A stretch of 30,579 nucleotides of DNA, taken from positions 1 to 30,579 of the forward strand of contig CALGFI010000037.1 of NCBI GenBank assembly GCA_937881155.1, written 5' to 3'. Shown here piece by piece: positions 27,991-30,579 of the stretch. The stretch's first letter is position 1. Each line of letters opens with the position of its first letter. The translations under genes were made by a program, and so were the position numbers. This DNA is from an uncultured bacterium (GTDB lineage Bacteria > Actinomycetota > UBA4738 > HRBIN12). Under the pieces are notes generated by a model. That model made no database searches. It saw only the letters and a list, made by a program, of their open reading frames with translations, and was not told the DNA's origin.

Positions 27991-28149
27991 GTGGCCGATC
28001 GCTACGAGGCGTACTGCGTGAAGTGCCGGGCGAAGCGGGAGTTCGACGGAACGATCGTGGAGCTCAAGAACGGTCGGAAGGCCGCTCAGGGCACGTGCCC
28101 GGTGTGCGGCACGAAGGTCATGCGGATCCTGGGCAAGAGCGCCAGCTAG
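27991..28149 (+). CDS. DUF5679-like small basic zinc-ribbon protein (52 aa)
   Basis: SD AAGGAGG; AYCVKCR...[17 protein letters not shown]. Confidence 0.8.
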   Translation: MADRYEAYCVKCRAKREFDGTIVELKNGRKAAQGTCPVCGTKVMRILGKSAS

Positions 28150-28197
28150 GCCAGCAGACCACGAGCCGGCGCCTCCAGCGCGGGGCGCCGGTGTTGC

Positions 28198-28668
28198 TCA
28201 GTTCAGGCGGGAGAGCAGCTGCTCCGGCGTGAACACCTTGCTGCCCGCACGTTGCTGGTGCCGGGCGGCGAGGTCCGCCACGGTCGTCCGCTCGAAGACC
28301 TGCTGGATCGCGCCCGCCACGTCGCCCCAGAAGCCCTGGAGGCCGCAGCGCGAATCGGCGTAGCAGGTGTGATCGGTCGGCTCCAAGCAGAACATCGGGT
28401 AGAGCTGTCCCTCGATCGCGTCCGCGATCTGGGCGACAGTGATCTCGGACGGATCGCGGGCGAGCCGACACCCGCCGCCGGCGCCGCGGAAGCTCTCCAC
28501 GAGATGTGCCTTGTGCAACGCGCCGAGCTGCTGCTCGAGGAAGCGAAGCGGGATCTGCTGCGCCTGCGCGATCTCGCGTGCCGGCACCAGCAGCGCGGCG
28601 TCGCGGCGAAGTGCCAGCTCGATCATCGCACGCATCGCGTACTCGAGCTTCTGCGAGATCTTCAGCAC
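28198..28668 (-). CDS. Rrf2-family transcriptional regulator with three C-terminal Cys
   Basis: YAMRAMIEL, EIA..Q.IP.RFLEQ, LVES.RGAGGG..LAR.P.EIT, C-x7-C-x5-C. Confidence 0.93.
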   Translation of the reverse strand: MLKISQKLEYAMRAMIELALRRDAALLVPAREIAQAQQIPLRFLEQQLGALHKAHLVESFRGAGGGCRLARDPSEITVAQIADAIEGQLYPMFCLEPTDHTCYADSRCGLQGFWGDVAGAIQQVFERTTVADLAARHQQRAGSKVFTPEQLLSRLN

Positions 28669-28686
28669 GGCGCCCTCCGAAAGCCC

Positions 28687-28715
28687 AGCGTAGGGAGGCC
28701 TTTTCGGGGTGTCAA
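28687..28715 (-). promoter_or_regulatory. Rrf2 gene promoter
   Basis: TTGACA-17 nt-TACGCT. Confidence 0.8.
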
Positions 28716-28766
28716 CGAGCGTTCGACGCGCCGTGACCGGAGAGCCCCACAGCTAGACTCGCGCTC

Positions 28767-29351
28767 GTGCTCCCCGTCGCGCCGGTGCGCCCCAAGCGCA
28801 TCGACGACTACGCCGAGGCCGCGGGACGCGAGGCCGTCGACCGTGTCTGCCGGGCCGCCGAACCCCTCCGTGGGGCCCGCCTGCTGCAGGTCAGCAGCAC
28901 CGGGTTCGGAGGCGGCGTCGCTGAGCTGCTGCACGCGCACGTTCCGCTCCTGAACGACCTCGGCGTCGAGGCGACGTGGGTGGTGATCGAGGGCTCGGAC
29001 GAGTTCTTCTCGGTGACGAAGGCGGTCCACAACGCGCTGCAGGGAGCGGAGCAACGGTTGACCGACGAGATGCAGGCCATCTACTGGAAGCGGATCCGCT
29101 CCAACGCCGCCGGCCTGCCGCGCGATTTCGACTTCGTCCTGGTCCACGACCCGCAGCCGACGACCCTGCTCGGGCCGATCGAGGAGGAGGGCGGCCGATC
29201 GGGGCGGTGCCAGGCGATCATTCGGCTTCCGGAGGAGCCGAACCTCGGCGAGCGGATGGGCGAAGCGGCTCGCAGCGTCGTTCGCGAGCGGTTCCTGACG
29301 ACTCGGGAGCTCGAGGATCACCTCCAGCTGTTAGGGCGGCTGGCGGCATGA
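28767..29351 (+). pseudogene. treT: TreT-like (GT4 trehalose synthase) gene with a large in-frame internal deletion
   Basis: The N-domain motifs SSTGFGGGVAELL, HNALQG and HDPQP run directly into a TreT-type C-terminal helix (LGERMGEAARSVVRERFLTTREL) near 29205. Only 194 aa, against about 400 expected. Confidence 0.75.
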
Positions 29352-30579
29352 CCTCCTGGCCGCCGCTGATCGTCGCGTCGAACCGCGGGCCGGTGACCTT
29401 CGAGCGCGGGCAGGACGGGCAGCTCGACGCGCAGCGCGGCTCCGGGGGCCTCGTCACCGCGCTGCTCGGCGCGCTGCAGGACGCGGGCGGGCTGTGGGTC
29501 GCAGCCGCGATGTCGGATGGCGACCGCGAGATGGTGGCGCGTTCGGACGGCGGTCAGGTCGACATGGGAGCGTTCGGCGCGACATACCGCGTCCGATACC
29601 TCGACATCCCGTCCGACATCTACGACGGCTACTACAACAAGATCTCGAACGGCGTGTTGTGGTTCGCCCACCATTATCTGTGGGACACGGTTCGTTCGCC
29701 CGCGTTCGGCGACGACATCGAGGAAGCGTGGGCACAGTACGTCGAGGTAAACAGGCGCTTCGCGAGCGCGCTCGCCGAGGAGGGCGAGGCGGTTGGGAGC
29801 GAACCAGCGTACCTGGTGCAGGACTACCACCTCGCGCTCGTTCCGCGATTCCTTCGCGAGCTCCGGCCGGACGCGCTGATCGCGCACTTCTCACATACGT
29901 CGATGGCCGGCCCGACCTACTTCCGCATGCTCCCCGCCGATATGCGCGACCAGCTGCTGCGCGGGATGCTCGGCGCCGACGTCTTGGGGTTCCACTCCCA
30001 CGCGTGGGCCGAGAACTTCATGCTCTCGGCGCGCCAGGTCGCGGGCACGCGCGTCGACCTGGCGCGGGCACGGATCACGTCGGACGGACGCGACGTAGCG
30101 GTTCGGATCCACCCGATCTCCGTGGACGGACGCGCGATGCGAGAGACGGCATCGACGGCGGAGGTGCGCGAACGGCGCCGGGAGCTCGCTCGATGGCGAG
30201 GCGACGCCCGAATGATCCTGCGCGTCGACCGTCTGGAGCTGACGAAGAACATCGTTCGCGGGTTCCAGGCCTACGAGCTCATGTTGCAGCGCGCGCCGTC
30301 GTGGCGAACGCGCGTCCGCTTCCTGGCGATGTTGTCGCCGTCGCGGATGGACGTTCCCGAGTACCAGGAGTACGCGGAGCTGAGCCTGGCCGAGGCCGCC
30401 CGGATCAACCTCGAGTACGGGGAGGACGGTTGGAAGCCGATCGAGGTTCGCCTCCGGGACGACTACATCGGGGCGCTCGCTGCGTACGGGCTGTACGACG
30501 TGCTGTTCGTGAACCCGGTGATCGACGGCATGAACCTCGTGGCGATGGAGGGGCCGGTGCTGAACCGACGTCAGGGGGT
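29348..30579 (+). CDS. otsA: Trehalose-6-phosphate synthase (GT20), runs off the window end; absent from the ORF track
   Basis: ATG 29348 (ATGA overlap). LIVASNRGPV, GSGGLVTAL, YYNKISNGVLWFAHH, VQDYHL, HFSH, RVDRLELTKNI, DGMNLVAMEG; no stop before 30579. Confidence 0.9.
   Translation, partial: MTSWPPLIVASNRGPVTFERGQDGQLDAQRGSGGLVTALLGALQDAGGLWVAAAMSDGDREMVARSDGGQVDMGAFGATYRVRYLDIPSDIYDGYYNKISNGVLWFAHHYLWDTVRSPAFGDDIEEAWAQYVEVNRRFASALAEEGEAVGSEPAYLVQDYHLALVPRFLRELRPDALIAHFSHTSMAGPTYFRMLPADMRDQLLRGMLGADVLGFHSHAWAENFMLSARQVAGTRVDLARARITSDGRDVAVRIHPISVDGRAMRETASTAEVRERRRELARWRGDARMILRVDRLELTKNIVRGFQAYELMLQRAPSWRTRVRFLAMLSPSRMDVPEYQEYAELSLAEAARINLEYGEDGWKPIEVRLRDDYIGALAAYGLYDVLFVNPVIDGMNLVAMEGPVLNRRQG

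Overview
High-GC window from an actinomycete-like bacterium: Actinobacteria-type GroEL with a CIRCE site, Streptomyces-like OtsA, and many apparently leaderless genes. It is gene-dense and looks chromosomal; I saw no mobile element, CRISPR array, tRNA or rRNA. Housekeeping genes: PAS-GGDEF-EAL protein, DEAD-box helicase, hemolysin III/PAQR, ade, tkt, csp, kamA-like, two phosphoesterases, Moco genes, groES-like, yjbQ, groEL, acs, Rrf2, an internally deleted treT and otsA. The most unusual region is 15.9-20.7 kb, which reads as a cyclic-nucleotide-controlled peptide-processing module. Its core is a 722-aa protein fusing a PqqD/RRE-like domain, an intact M50 (site-2) intramembrane metalloprotease and two cNMP-binding domains. 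It is flanked by a 53-aa single-TM protein, a 72-aa Cys/His zinc-finger protein and a Crp-family regulator. A separately transcribed 42-aa Lys/Arg-rich peptide gene has three tandem Crp boxes upstream, one at about -41.5. A HemK-like methyltransferase with HPPY instead of NPPY lies next to the module. Also notable are a MogA-XdhC fusion, an anti-SD helix in the DEAD-box helicase leader, and tail-to-tail phosphoesterase paralogues with Ser versus Thr nucleophiles. All family calls come from recognising motifs by eye; no database searches were run.
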